Positions 52,008-64,000 of a stretch of DNA of 64,000 nt are shown in pieces. Numbering within the stretch: position 1 is the stretch's first letter; each line of letters begins with the position of its first letter. The position numbers were made by a program, and so were the translations under genes. Below the pieces are notes generated by a model. That model was given only the letters and a program-made list of their open reading frames with translations. It had not been told where the DNA came from and ran no database searches. Source of the DNA: Stegostoma tigrinum (lineage: Eukaryota); NCBI RefSeq assembly GCF_030684315.1, contig NC_081396.1, positions 2,108,001 through 2,172,000 on the forward strand. Direction: 5' to 3'.

Positions 52008-53488
52008 TACCGTGAGACTGTCCATTAGAGTTCATCGGAGGGCACCATCACATCAACAAACAGAATTCACTCTGAACAATGAGACAACCATAAAACTTGT
52101 CAAAAGGTTATGATGCACATAACGCTAAAGAAGAGCAGTCCAGCCTCGCCTGCTTAATTAATCACAGTTAATTCTGTTCTTACAACCGATTTGCTTTGTA
52201 AATCGTCCTAAAATATGTACTGCTATTCGATTCCAATCCTTCTCCAATTGAATCTATCAATCTTCTCTCCGTGCTGCACACAACATTGTAAAATCCTCCA
52301 GGTGAGTGGAGAGTACTCTCATACTTTTATGAGCTCTGTGCTGCAGACGGTGACAGGCTTCAAGGAGACAAGATGTGAGATACTCGCTAATTCCTATCTT
52401 CTCAACTGCTGGTATAATCACACTTATGTGGCTGCTCCAGTGTCTGCGGAAAGGGTACCCCCAGGATGTAGAAAGGGCTCTTTCAGAGAGGCAGTGGTAT
52501 AGCAGTTCAGCAAGAAGTGTTGAGCTGTCTTTTGTTGAAGACGGTAATGTAAACGTTGCTTTAAACTATTCGAGGCGGGTTTGAACAGTATTCAGGCCTT
52601 GCTGCATTTGCACACAATATCTGCTCAATATTGTACAAACATCAGCAAACAGGCGGACCTCTTAGAACCCAGGTCATAACAATATAGTCAGTTCCCAAGA
52701 AAGGCTGCAAGCTCTCGAAAGCTCACAGGGTCTGAGAGCAGGGCTTCTCTGCTGGCATGAGCCCTGTCAAGGAGCTCCACTGAGGTCTGTACTTTCAGTC
52801 CCTGGCCAAAGTAGGAGAGAGTCTCATTGATGAAGTAAGTGAAAATAATGGGTTCATAACACTCGTTCGAGTAACCCCTGCAAAGGCATCCTTGGAAAGA
52901 GATGACAGACCGCCAACAAACACTAACTATTTCATCTGTTCGAGATATGATTTCAAATAGCTGAAATGTTAACCAATTTTATTTGACACATTGTACAAGG
53001 TCAGGTCTCACGAACAAAGATATATCCTGTAGTCCCAGATGTCAGTTGCGACACAGTTAAAATGACAGTTCTGCAAATTGTGGTCACAGAAAATGTGCTG
53101 CAGTACTATGTCATGCGATGCTGTCTTTTAAACATTGACTTTAAGTTTCTTCACAAATATTGTGGAATGATTTTGGCTGGATTATTTGTCTATCAGAAAA
53201 TTCTCATTCATAATTCCAGCCTGAATTCGGCAAATCACAAGTAGTACATATTTTGCTGCTTGAGGTTGTGTTCCTCAGCAATGTTACTTTTAAAAACACT
53301 GATCATCAACTGATTATCGAACACAACGAAAACAGGATAGGCGCTGAGAAAATTTCCGATTGAAATTATGTGACAGGTGCCGTCAGGTGCACCAGAGGAA
53401 TGATATGAAACAAATCTCCGTCCACAATCCCTCTTTCCCAATGTCATGGTGCGCCATATAAGAACAGAATACATTCTCCTGTACTGTT

Positions 53489-53787
53489 CCATGGAATCCC
53501 TACAGTATGGAAACAGGACCTTGAGTCCAACAAGTCCACGCCAACACTCAGAACGTCCCACCCAGTTCAATCCCCATAAAACCCACCTGTCCTACACATT
53601 CCTGAAAACTTTGGAAAATTTAGCATCGCCAATCCACCCAGGCAGCTCATCATTGGACTGTGGCAGGATAAAAGAGCACCCACGCAGACAAGGAGAGAAA
53701 GTGCAAACTTCACTCAGACAGTCGCCCAAGCTTGGAATCGAACCCGGGTTCCTGGCGCTGGCAGTAGTGTTAAACAATGAGCCACTG
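53489..53787 (-). mobile_element. Shark SINE, copy B
   Basis: Duplicate of 14570-14868. Confidence 0.75.
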
Positions 53788-54508
53788 GAATTGCCCCCGT
53801 TCCAAACAAAATGTCATGTCATGGAATATACTGCAGGAAGCAGCTACATGATAAATTTCCTCTCGACTGAGGCTGAGTCTGGACAAAACATGCAGGGAAT
53901 GAATATGAATGTAAGTATGGTCCAAGTGGGCTTTCTCTCCCTCTGACTAATCCCCGCAGTGTTGGAAATTTGCCATTTGGTGGTGAATTAAAACAAGATC
54001 AAATTAAGACATCTCCACACTGGTAGCAAAAGAACAACAGCATTGTGTAATGACTTACATGAAACATGAAACAACCTGAGCGGCTTTGACACCGCAGATT
54101 TTACGAGGATGTTTCCACTTCTTGGAGAATCTAAAACTTTCGGACAAGTTTCAAGACATCACCAACCTCAGTGACCCCAGGTAACTGATTTGAGCGAGGT
54201 CGTACCGTGTCCTGAATCCAACAGTGATTGGTTGGCTGTTAAGATAAGAAGTGAGAAATCAACCAATCACATCATGGTGGGACGTCCCTCTGTTTCCAAA
54301 GAAGTGAAGGTTATCCGTGGTCTGAGCTCAATGTCTTAGATGAGACGAAAACTGTCGGAGTCTTTCGGTGTACTGGTGTTGTCATAACTCACAGCCAGAA
54401 GGTTCTGCGTTTGAGTCACGTACAATAGGTGTAAGATAAGATTTCTAAACAGATTAAACAGAAAATATTAAGACAAAGTTCCATCTTTTTTGTTTTTAGT
54501 TTGGTCAG

Positions 54509-54959
54509 ATGAAAACTGATGTCATGGGTACCCTGAGAACATTACTGATAATCGTTACTATTCTGCATGGTGAGGCTGAACTAAAACCAGCACTGAGTAT
54601 TCTTTTGGTTACATTTACTGACATGCTTTCAACAACTTTTTCAAATTTGTTACAGGAACGAGTAGTCAAGATTCAGTTTTTCAGAGCCCACCTCATTTAT
54701 CGGCAGAGGAAGGACAAATGGTAATGTTGAACTGTAGTTACGAATCGTCGGGTGCTCCTATTCTCTTCTGGTACGTCCAGTATCCTGGGGAAGCTCCGAG
54801 ATATTTACTGAAGAGGTACAAGAATGAAGACGCGGACAGCTCACCAGATTTCCATGACCGGTTTTCTGCCAATTTGGACAAAGTCAATAAAGTGGTTCCT
54901 TTGAGAATTAATGAAATCCGTCTGTCTGACTCAGCCATCTATCACTGTGCTATGAGTAA
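54509..54959 (+). CDS. TRAV: Apparently functional TCR alpha/delta V segment, copy B: leader exon to 54569, V exon 54656-54959
   Basis: Same as copy A except R>H and S>I in FR3. Confidence 0.95.
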
Positions 54960-54998
54960 CACACTGATACAGAGACCCAGACAGCCCGAACAAAAACC
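54960..54998 (+). other. 23-bp-spacer RSS
   Basis: CACACTG + 23 nt + ACAAAAACC. Confidence 0.96.
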
Positions 54999-55926
54999 TG
55001 AAAGGCTCTCTTCCCTCCCTTGTCTGTATCAGATCTATAACTTTTACTACGAATTGTTAATATGATCAAAAACACAGTACAAAGAGCACATCACATTTTG
55101 GAACTCTTTCGATTGTGCAGAATGCAGGTCATTCAACATAAACTGCCTGCTTCAAGCAGCTGCGAGTTTTATTCATGGTCAGCGAGCAACTCGTTTAATA
55201 GAAAGTTGTGGTAGTGTTACCATAACAGTTTACCATTACCCATCAGTAACTGAAATCAAAGATAAGCTGCATTGAAAGAAAACACCCGATGGACAATTCT
55301 ATTTTGCACAGAGCGTTCGTGTGTGGAATGAATTGCCAGCAAATGTGGGTACAGTAACAGTGTTTAAAAGACATTTGTTTAAACACTTGGATGATGAAAA
55401 AAAGTGATTAGGGATATAGGACAAGCACAGTCAGTTGGGAAAAGTTTAGTTTCGGATTACGCTCGACTTAGACAGTTTGAAACGAAGGGTTTGTTTTCGA
55501 GCCATGTCAGTCGGTTACTCTAATTGAATACAAAAGCAGTTTCACTATCATTAACTGCTCCAAAGCCGCTTCGTTGTTCAGTCAAGTTAATTTCATTCCA
55601 AAATTGATAGATCAATGGATGCTAAAGGAAACAATTGTCGTAAAGCTGTCAAGTTTGTGAGAGTTGTACAAACTTCACTGAGTGCAACGGCAAGTTCAGT
55701 GAACTAAATGACCTTCTGCAGCTCCTGTTTTCAACGTTGTATTGACAATAGATCTGACGTAATGGACTGGAGAACAAAGCAACTGTGAGATGATTGGAGG
55801 CACATTTGCGAATCTGTCAGAAATATCCATCTGGCAGGGAGACAAGATATGACTCAATGTCAGCTCTGAGATGAGCCAATTCAGCTTCATCTCGCTCTCT
55901 GCATTTCTGCCATCAGTTCTGCAAAC

Positions 55927-56458
55927 TTGTCAACCCTTATTTTTTCCTCATCCCTCACTGCTGTAGCCCTTTTAACTGGTAAGATCATAAGTTGAAAAAT
56001 GCAAACCTTTCATCGACACTCGTCTTATCAGCATTTCTCTCTATTTTCAACAAATTCCCTGGCCTTGATGATATTAATTAGAATAAAACACAATTGCGGG
56101 CCTTTATATAAAAATTCCTTCTTTTTTATGTAGATGTTAAATGTGCAGACTCTGTATCACAGAAGCAGATTAAAATGATACAGTTTGAAGGAGACTTAGT
56201 GACGATTAATCTCAGCGGTTCTGCCTGAGCTGAAAACTGTTGCTTACAATTGTATCGTCAGGATATTGGTAAATCTCCTACATTCCTTTACTACATCCAT
56301 ACTTTTGGCGATGTTTCCAGGTCAAAATGGCGTTGGACTTAGGTTTTCTGCATTTCTGGACATTTCGGAAACTGAGGAGAATTTCACCATTGGTGAGCTG
56401 TGGCTGTCTGACTGCAGTCCATGACTGTGGGCGGAAAAACACTGCAGAGACAAAAACC
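55927..56458 (+). pseudogene. TRAV: TCR V pseudogene 4B
   Basis: Duplicate of 17009-17540. Confidence 0.88.
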
Positions 56459-59400
56459 AAAATGAACTTTGTATTAAAACATTATTGCAACGGTCGGAAA
56501 GTGAGAAAACTCTGGACAAACTTCAGTTTTATAAATATTACCAAAATGAACTGAATTCATATCAATCTAGATCGTTGGTAAGCCAAGAGCCACAGATGCA
56601 ACATTGAGTAAAGTGGCTTCTGATCTCTTAAGATTGCATACATTCCAAATACAAATTGAAAGTTGTGATTCGAGAATGTGCTCCATTTTGTAAATTAGAT
56701 GTATTAGAAAAGCAATTCTCCCCGAATTATCTGACATGGTGAATCAACAGTTCACAAAGGGACACTAAACAAAGTTCACTTGGTCGTACGAATGATGTAG
56801 GATGAAAAATGATCTCAAAACTACCATTTGAATTCACGAACCAGCTAAAGCCACAGTGCAGGTCTGGCTTTCTCAGCTTTTCCCGTAACCTGAGGTTTGG
56901 TGACCACCAGGAGAACCAACACCAGTAGTCTCTCGAAGTAAAGAACACCTCTGTGGTTCTCCAGGACTGTACACTTTTATTTACATATTTGGTAAAAGGA
57001 GAAGGAAATGAAAAGTATCATGGAATGCTCTGGACAAGGAGAACAAAGAGTTTGCTTTTATATGGACTTGTATTTAATGGTTTCAGATAACTCAAAGGGG
57101 TTCTAATATTTTGTCGCAAACATGAGCATCAAGTTTTCACTTTCGATTTTCTATACAGTTGGCTACTTGATAATCTGTATCGGAACCCTGAACACACCAC
57201 AGATATCCCAATTCAATGTTCTTTTTTTCTCTACCTCCGTGGTCACCAGTCCCTTATGCTACTTTGGAGTATACCCTATCCACACTTTCGATCATGAATC
57301 CATACTTCTTGATGTCTGCAGGTGCCTTTAACATTGAACGGTATTCAATCAGATTATTTTAATGATGCAGATATTACCCAAATGGCAAGCTGCTCAATGC
57401 TGATATTTCAAACTAAAACATACTTCCAACTTTCTTGTGAATTTCACTTTCGAAATAACGATAAATTGTATGGCTGCTTCCAGAACAGTTGTGAAAATTC
57501 TCAGAAATTCCCAAGAAAAACGCTGTCATTTCATTCCCTGGAAAGTTGATACAATTATCAAAACCAGTGTTCGGTGTGAACGATTTCACATCTTGTTGAT
57601 TTGGATTGTGCTTGGTCTTCGCATGCACATCTAAGTGTCTCACCTGCTGTTGCAAAGACGTCCGAATAGGCAGCAGCTGTGACCCAGAAACTTTCAGTCG
57701 TTATTGCAGAAGGGTTTATTTTTAGTTTTCTCTCTCTCGTTTTCGAGGCTAATTTGGACAATAATAGATCGCGGTATCAGACAGCTGCAACTCCGAGATG
57801 GTTAATTGGTGCAACTTGTCTGCTAGCTCAACTGTGTCAGAAAACCTGGTCTGAGGGAAATATGCTTTAAATGAGTCTCCGTCGCTTGTGCTCCTCCAGA
57901 GTATGAACTCTGGCAGTCTTCCTGGGTTTGATATAATGAGTAATAGCTTTGGCAGTTTAGGTGCAGTTTAAAGCCATGTATTTTACCTCTGCCTGTGTGA
58001 GCAAGGAATCCCACAGTGTAAAGAGTTTCCATTGCTCAGATGTGAAAAGTGCGATTTTAAAAAATGCTAGATTAAATATTGAAGTGATGATGAGAGTTCA
58101 CAGTCACCCGTCCAGAAAACAAACAAAAAAAGTTTGCAATTGGAGCCCCAAGAAAATCGCTTTAGGCCACCTGGCCCATTTGTGTGTGTGTCAGCCTTCC
58201 CCACTTCCAGTCATACTAAAAGCAAATCCTTCCATCTACTTTGTTCTCGTGGGCATGTCGAGATTACATTTAAACGTCTCATTGCAGTTCTCCTCAACTC
58301 CTCGTTATGCCGCTCAAGCAATATTTGATGAAAACTGTGGCTGAAGATGTTTCTCCTGAATTCCTTATTTGATCTATTCGGGAACAAAAATCTGAAACCT
58401 CCTTCAGGGAAGCATCCTCTCAAAGTCTACCCTGTCATCATGTTTTTTTCGTCATTTAAACACGTATTCCAGATAACTCACTTGTCTTCTCATTAACAGA
58501 AAAACAAAGAATGGGGTATAAGCACGGATTCCGAGTTGATGTTATTTTCAATGCTGATTGATCGCTGGAAATAGCTTTATAGGTGTCACAATAGTCCTTC
58601 TGTAAGAATCTGCTCACAATATCTCAAGTCCATCCAAAAAACAGGCCATTCTCCCTTTAATACGAATACTTTGATTTTGTTTCAAATTTGTTCACAGAGA
58701 AAGTAAATCTGAATGAAAGCACTAAACTTCTTACCGACAATGAAGTTCACGTATATCAGAGTGGGAATGAAGAGTTGCATCACTCTGGGATTCGAGAGGC
58801 CTTCATGTACCTCGGTAACTGATAGACCATAGAGCAACAAAAACTGCAAGAATTGGCTGAGATTCTTCTGATGTCACGTACTGAAGAAAATGCAATGTAA
58901 TGAGCTCAGATCATTGCACCAGATTTTTCTGATACCAATTCGGTAACCACAAAGCCTGTGTTTATTTTGGAGAACTGTGATATTGCGAATACATTTCACT
59001 GACCAGAGAGAAAGCCGAGTAAATGTAGATAGATTGTTTCTATCTGAGTTGAAAAACAGTGAGATCTCTAACTGAGATATAGCTAGCTCACAAACTGACT
59101 GGAGCGACATTTCACTCTCGAATTGACATTAAAGATGTTGGATCTCCAGTTAATGAGAGAGACAGATTGCTCCCTCTACTTTAGAGATATATTGTTCTTT
59201 TATAGAACTGACAGACATTTTGATGTCTTACTATCCAAACTGCTTTTACGTGTAGGAATTTCGGTCGTCCAAGAAACAAGATAAAATGAATTGATTTGGA
59301 AAAATAATACAGCTTTTTTTAAATGATTTGGATCTTATTATACTGTATAAATCTCAATATCGGGGACAATGGAAGTACAATCAGTGTAAACTTTCAGGAA

Positions 59401-62400
59401 AAAAAAGATATTCATATAATGGAAATTATCTGCCAAATTGCGGAATGTGAGAAAAAGCTATGTGAATGTAACTGATTACCCCACTCTTTCAGAGAGCAGG
59501 CATAATAAAACGTTAGAATGGCCTCAATCTTTATTAAATTTGACTCTGATTCTTGGTTATTTATCCCTTCTCTAACTATTTGCTACTCAGTGTCTCTGAC
59601 ACTAAGGGAACACGTCGGCTACAGCTGTCTCAAAATCCATTCGCCTCGGATATAGATGAAGTGCATTACAAACTTTCTGTTCTCAGACAGAGCAGCAATT
59701 TCATTCAGGACCATGTCTGTTGCAGTCTTGCATTCAGTTCCGTTTATTGCTTTCACTCTGGCCCACTATCTCTGCTTTGTATTACTTGGGAGATTGTTGC
59801 AACGATCACTATTTGTTGTTCAGTGGAGCCATGATGTGCTAGTGTTGGGCTGAGGTGGACAAGTTTAAAATATATAACACCAGGTGACAGTCCAAATGGC
59901 TTATTTGAAATCACAAGCGTTCTTAGCGCTGCTTCTTCATCAGTTGCAGTGAAGAGAAGTACACAGGCACAGAGTAATCAAAATATCACACGAAAGGAGT
60001 GAGTGGAGTGTTGGCAGACTGGATAAGTCTCTGCAGGTGATAAAAAAAAGTCAGTCGGTGTGAATAAAGTAGCAACAGCTGAAAAAAATGTGAACGGTTA
60101 AAGAATAATCCGATTAATTGGGACAGAAAGATTGCTTCAAACAATATTAGAATTATGTGGTGCTGAAGACCAATGAAATGAGTGGAATAACATGATAGGT
60201 ACGAAGGTCGCATGTCGAGAGTCTAACCAAAGTAACAAGTGATCTAAAATTGTGAAAATTAATTAAGATAGTGATCATAACAAGTCGTCGAGATGATGGC
60301 GTCAGAACAGAGCAGTAAGGAAGATTTTGCAGATGTGGAACAGTGTGGTATGATTACATGAAGAGTGGCATGAACTCAAAAACACGGTTGAGGCTGTATT
60401 TACGTGTACAAAACTTTGCTGTGAGTTTCTGCTCAGCAATACAGCATTGTCAGGTATCTCAAAAGCGACCTTGGATGAGGCTTATTAGAAGATCAGATGC
60501 TAATAGTCATTGACCATTGACGCATCCCCTGACTGGTGGATGGAGTTGGGAGGTCGGTTGGGGGGGTGGCATTCCAGTCTGTTGATTGATCTGCAGTGCC
60601 CATTCATCCGTTGGCAGAAAGTCTGCATGCTGTTGCCAATATACAATTCTTCAGGGCGTCTTTGCATGCAGCGTCTGTTTTATTTGACAACATTGACCAA
60701 ATCACATGAGTGTCTGTCGTGCATGTGATGGCTGCTGTTGCCATGTGTGACAGCCGAATCCATTTCGACTATCTCTGAAATAATTTTGAAAAATGGAGAC
60801 ACAACATTGTTTGTCGACATTTCTTCTGTAACACTGAACTATCTTTCCTAAAAGCCTATCGTCCAGATCAGTGAGTTTCTTTACACCGACAGACAGTTCA
60901 CTCCCTCCCAGCCTCCAAGCACGACTGGTGACACAAGGCCGTGAAGTAAGACCACTTCGACTCTTGCACTCCACAATTCCTGACGTTGTTGCTCAGGGTT
61001 TTGAGGAAAGAGCTTTGCCCTTAGTTAATTTGATTTGATTTGGTTTCACTGGAGGGAGCGATCACCAGCAGTGTCATTTGAAGGTCAGTGGCTGGACATT
61101 GAAGTGCAGGTGAGGGACAAAGAAAAATCAACAAAAAGAGCTAGAAATCTCTAATTCACTGTTTTTAAGGATGGTAGAACCTGAAAACCACTTTTGTTTG
61201 CGAATTAAGTATATGTGTCTCACGAACGTAGTAGAGCCAAGTGAAGATGATGATCGATGAGTTTGGGGCAGTGAGTATTGTCTACATGGACATCAGTAAG
61301 GCCTTTGACAAAATCCATGGAGACAAAATCCACTGCTGCATCCTTCTTGATCTTCTTCTTCACTTCTCTCTACCAAGTTGGTGAGACACGACCTCGCCTT
61401 CACAAAACCATACTGCCTCTCGCTAATATGCCCACTGATCTGCAGTTGGGAGTAATTCCTGCCTTGAAGAATACTCTCCAATAATTTGCCGGCCATTGAA
61501 GTAAGGCTCACACGCTCGTAATTAGATGGATTAACTCTCGCACCCTTCTAAAACGACGAAACAACTTTGGTTATTCGCCAGTCCTCTGTGATCTCCCCTG
61601 TAGCCAGTGAGAAGACAACTATTTCCCTCAAAGTCCCAGAAATTTCCTCCCTTGCTTCTCTCGGTATTCTGTTGTGTATCCTGCCAGGCCCTGGGGACTT
61701 GTCTCCCTTCAAGTTTTACAATATCCCCAGATACCTCCTCACTTTTGCTCTCAACATGACCTCAACTTCAGACCCTTCCCCAGACTCATCATCCACCATG
61801 TCCTTCTCTGTGATGAATACTGACGTAATGTACTAATTTAATATCTCGCTGACTCTCTTTGGATCCACACTTAAATTCCCTTTCCAGGCCTGGACTGAGC
61901 CAATCCTCTGCCTGGGTACCTTATTGCACTTTACGCACGGTTGAAAATCCTTGGTATGTTCTTTATTGCTTTTGGCAAAAGTCTTGTTATCCTTTTAGCT
62001 CTCCTGACTCCTTGCTTAAGCTTATTTTGACTTGCCTTGTCTTCCAAACTTGCTTCATGTGTTCCCAGCCTCCAAGCCTTCATAAATCCTTCAGAACTGA
62101 CGCAAGTGAAATTTTTTGGGTGTTATTCTGTACTGAGTGGTCGAGCAGAGCACAAAAGAAGGTCGTGAAAGTTAGAAGGCGAAGGAGATCAAAGGAGGCT
62201 GAGAACATTTGGATCAGAGATACGGAAAGTTGGTAACAGCAGAAAAGAACATACAAACATGGAGTGCTACCTATGTGTGTGTGTAAGGATGGTTCCAGGC
62301 ATAGAGCGGGGGAACCACAACAGAAAGAAAGAGAATTCCAGCAGTGCACAACTTGATGGTCGACAGAAGTTCAGGTGTGAAATGGAAATTGACCGTAGTT

Positions 62401-63558
62401 CGGGATAAAATATTCCTGACAATGTAAGGGCCTGTGGAAACATAAGCTGGCAGGCTAGTAGTATGTGGGAACGAAATTAGCAGCGATGCAAACCTCATTT
62501 CGGTAAAATCACGAGAATAAATATTGAAATGCGAAAGAGAGATGAAACACAAACATCATTAAAAACATAGTAAATTAGATAAAGACAATTAAACAGACGC
62601 CCCCATTGTGAGCTTGCCATGTTTCAGCACGGTGGTGACGAAGTGAATCTCTTCCCACAGTCCGTGGTGACAAAGTGATTCTCTTCCCACAATCCGTGCA
62701 GGTGAAGAGTGCCTTCCTGGGTTGACAGTACCAATGCTATTTCTGCAACAATTTGATTGAATTGAATTGAGTTCATTCCTACATACTTCAACATTTCTCC
62801 ACGTTAAGACTGTGTTTCTGTTTCGACAGATCAATCATTTGACTGAAGACTTGTTGAAACAAGAAACGAATGGGCAGTTTCTCACAAATTTGAACGGGGC
62901 TTTGTCCTCCCGTGTTCCAAAACAGATGACTTCCAAATAATGATATAATAGGCGACTTCACCTGATCCTGTTGGAACGTTTCGTCAATTTTCAATCGATC
63001 CGTCAATTTCCGATCTTCCCCTTCTTATTAACTGTGAAAATCATTTTAAACAGAAGATCAAAACTTCTGATGTTTTAATATATTTTGCTAGAAGCAACCA
63101 GGAAGTTCTGAACAAAAATAAATTGGCTTTCAACGTTTACACTGCTTTGTCTGATCAGAGGTTGCCAGATCTATTGCGTTTCATATCTCTATTTTTTTCT
63201 GTTTGTTTTATTTTATGAAAATGGGATATTAATACCGATGATGTAGACAGAGGTGAGTAGTGCGCAGAATAGTAAAGCTGGCGCAAAAGAGAGCAATTAA
63301 ATAAAATGAGGCGGGTAAACTGTTGTTGATAGCGATTCAGGGAAGGAAATAAGCTGTTTCGATGAATTGGGGCTACGAATGGCTGAAAATGATCTGGCTC
63401 GATGCTCTGGTGTTTGCCTAAAGCCTTGTCCAGACACACAACGCATGTACAGTTTCGCCCCGCTGAGCATGGTGCTTTTTTCGTCCATTTTCAAAACTGA
63501 TCACATTCCATGAGCGATTCATTGAACAACTCCATCGGTCATAAATCCTAAATCTCTG

Positions 63559-64000
63559 TGTCAAGTTCGTTTTTGGAGACCCTCACGGATTTGCTGCAAT
63601 AACAAGACACTGACCTGTTTAGAAAAACACGAATCATTTTATTACAGAGCAAGTACAAGCTGTGGAGAATCACTGGACTGAACCCGGCACAGAGTGCAGA
63701 GTTTCGCAGGTAATTCTCCTCGAGCAGCGGATAAGTCCCCACTTTTCATACTTTACAAAAGACGTGATACATAAATCGATTTGACAATTTACAATGACAT
63801 GATGCATAAAACAATTACGACAATAGACAAAAACAGGATACCAAGCAATTATTACATCAACAACATAAAAGACCAGGATGCAGTATCGATTGCTCGTGAA
63901 GTAGCTGCCAATGCGAGGAGGCGATTTTGAGTTGTTGTCCGGGACAGGTTGTGATTTCAAGTTGCCAGTGTGTCTGGCTAGTTCAAAGTCAGTGCCCTGG
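63559..64000 (-). repeat. ERV 3' LTR, copy B (runs off the window)
   Basis: Nearly identical to 24641-25082. Confidence 0.92.

Larger units (their letters stand above)
36988..64000 (+). repeat. Tandem segmental duplication, copy B
   Basis: Colinear and about 96-99% identical by eye to 1-25082, with extra sequence at ~41799-43400 and 43775-44211. Confidence 0.98.

Noticed and set aside
1-64000. D, J or C segments, or NAR-TCR/IgH-like V segments
   Set aside because: No FGxG with a 12-RSS, C1 domain or VNAR/VH signature was recognised by eye; decayed copies could have been missed.

Overview
Vertebrate genomic DNA, very probably from a shark: the repeats (HE1-type SINE, CR1, a Penelope family) and the GPR139-like receptor are typical of elasmobranchs. 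The window is part of a T-cell receptor alpha/delta V region amplified as a head-to-tail ~37-39 kb tandem duplication (1-25082 recurs at 36988-64000). Each unit carries a two-exon GPR139-like GPCR pseudogene, one intact TRAV/TRDV segment (leader exon, V exon, 23-RSS) and three clear V pseudogenes plus one doubtful one, all on the + strand. Each unit also has a 5.5-5.8 kb fold-back Penelope retroelement with ~2 kb inverted arms and hammerhead-like ends. In unit B this element is flanked by a 13-bp target-site duplication, and its arms appear to be homogenised against each other. A deleted class I endogenous retrovirus with a tRNA-Ser primer site, CR1 and SINE relics and microsatellites complete the picture. 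Most listed ORFs are antisense or alternative frames of repeats. All calls were made by eye; no searches were run.
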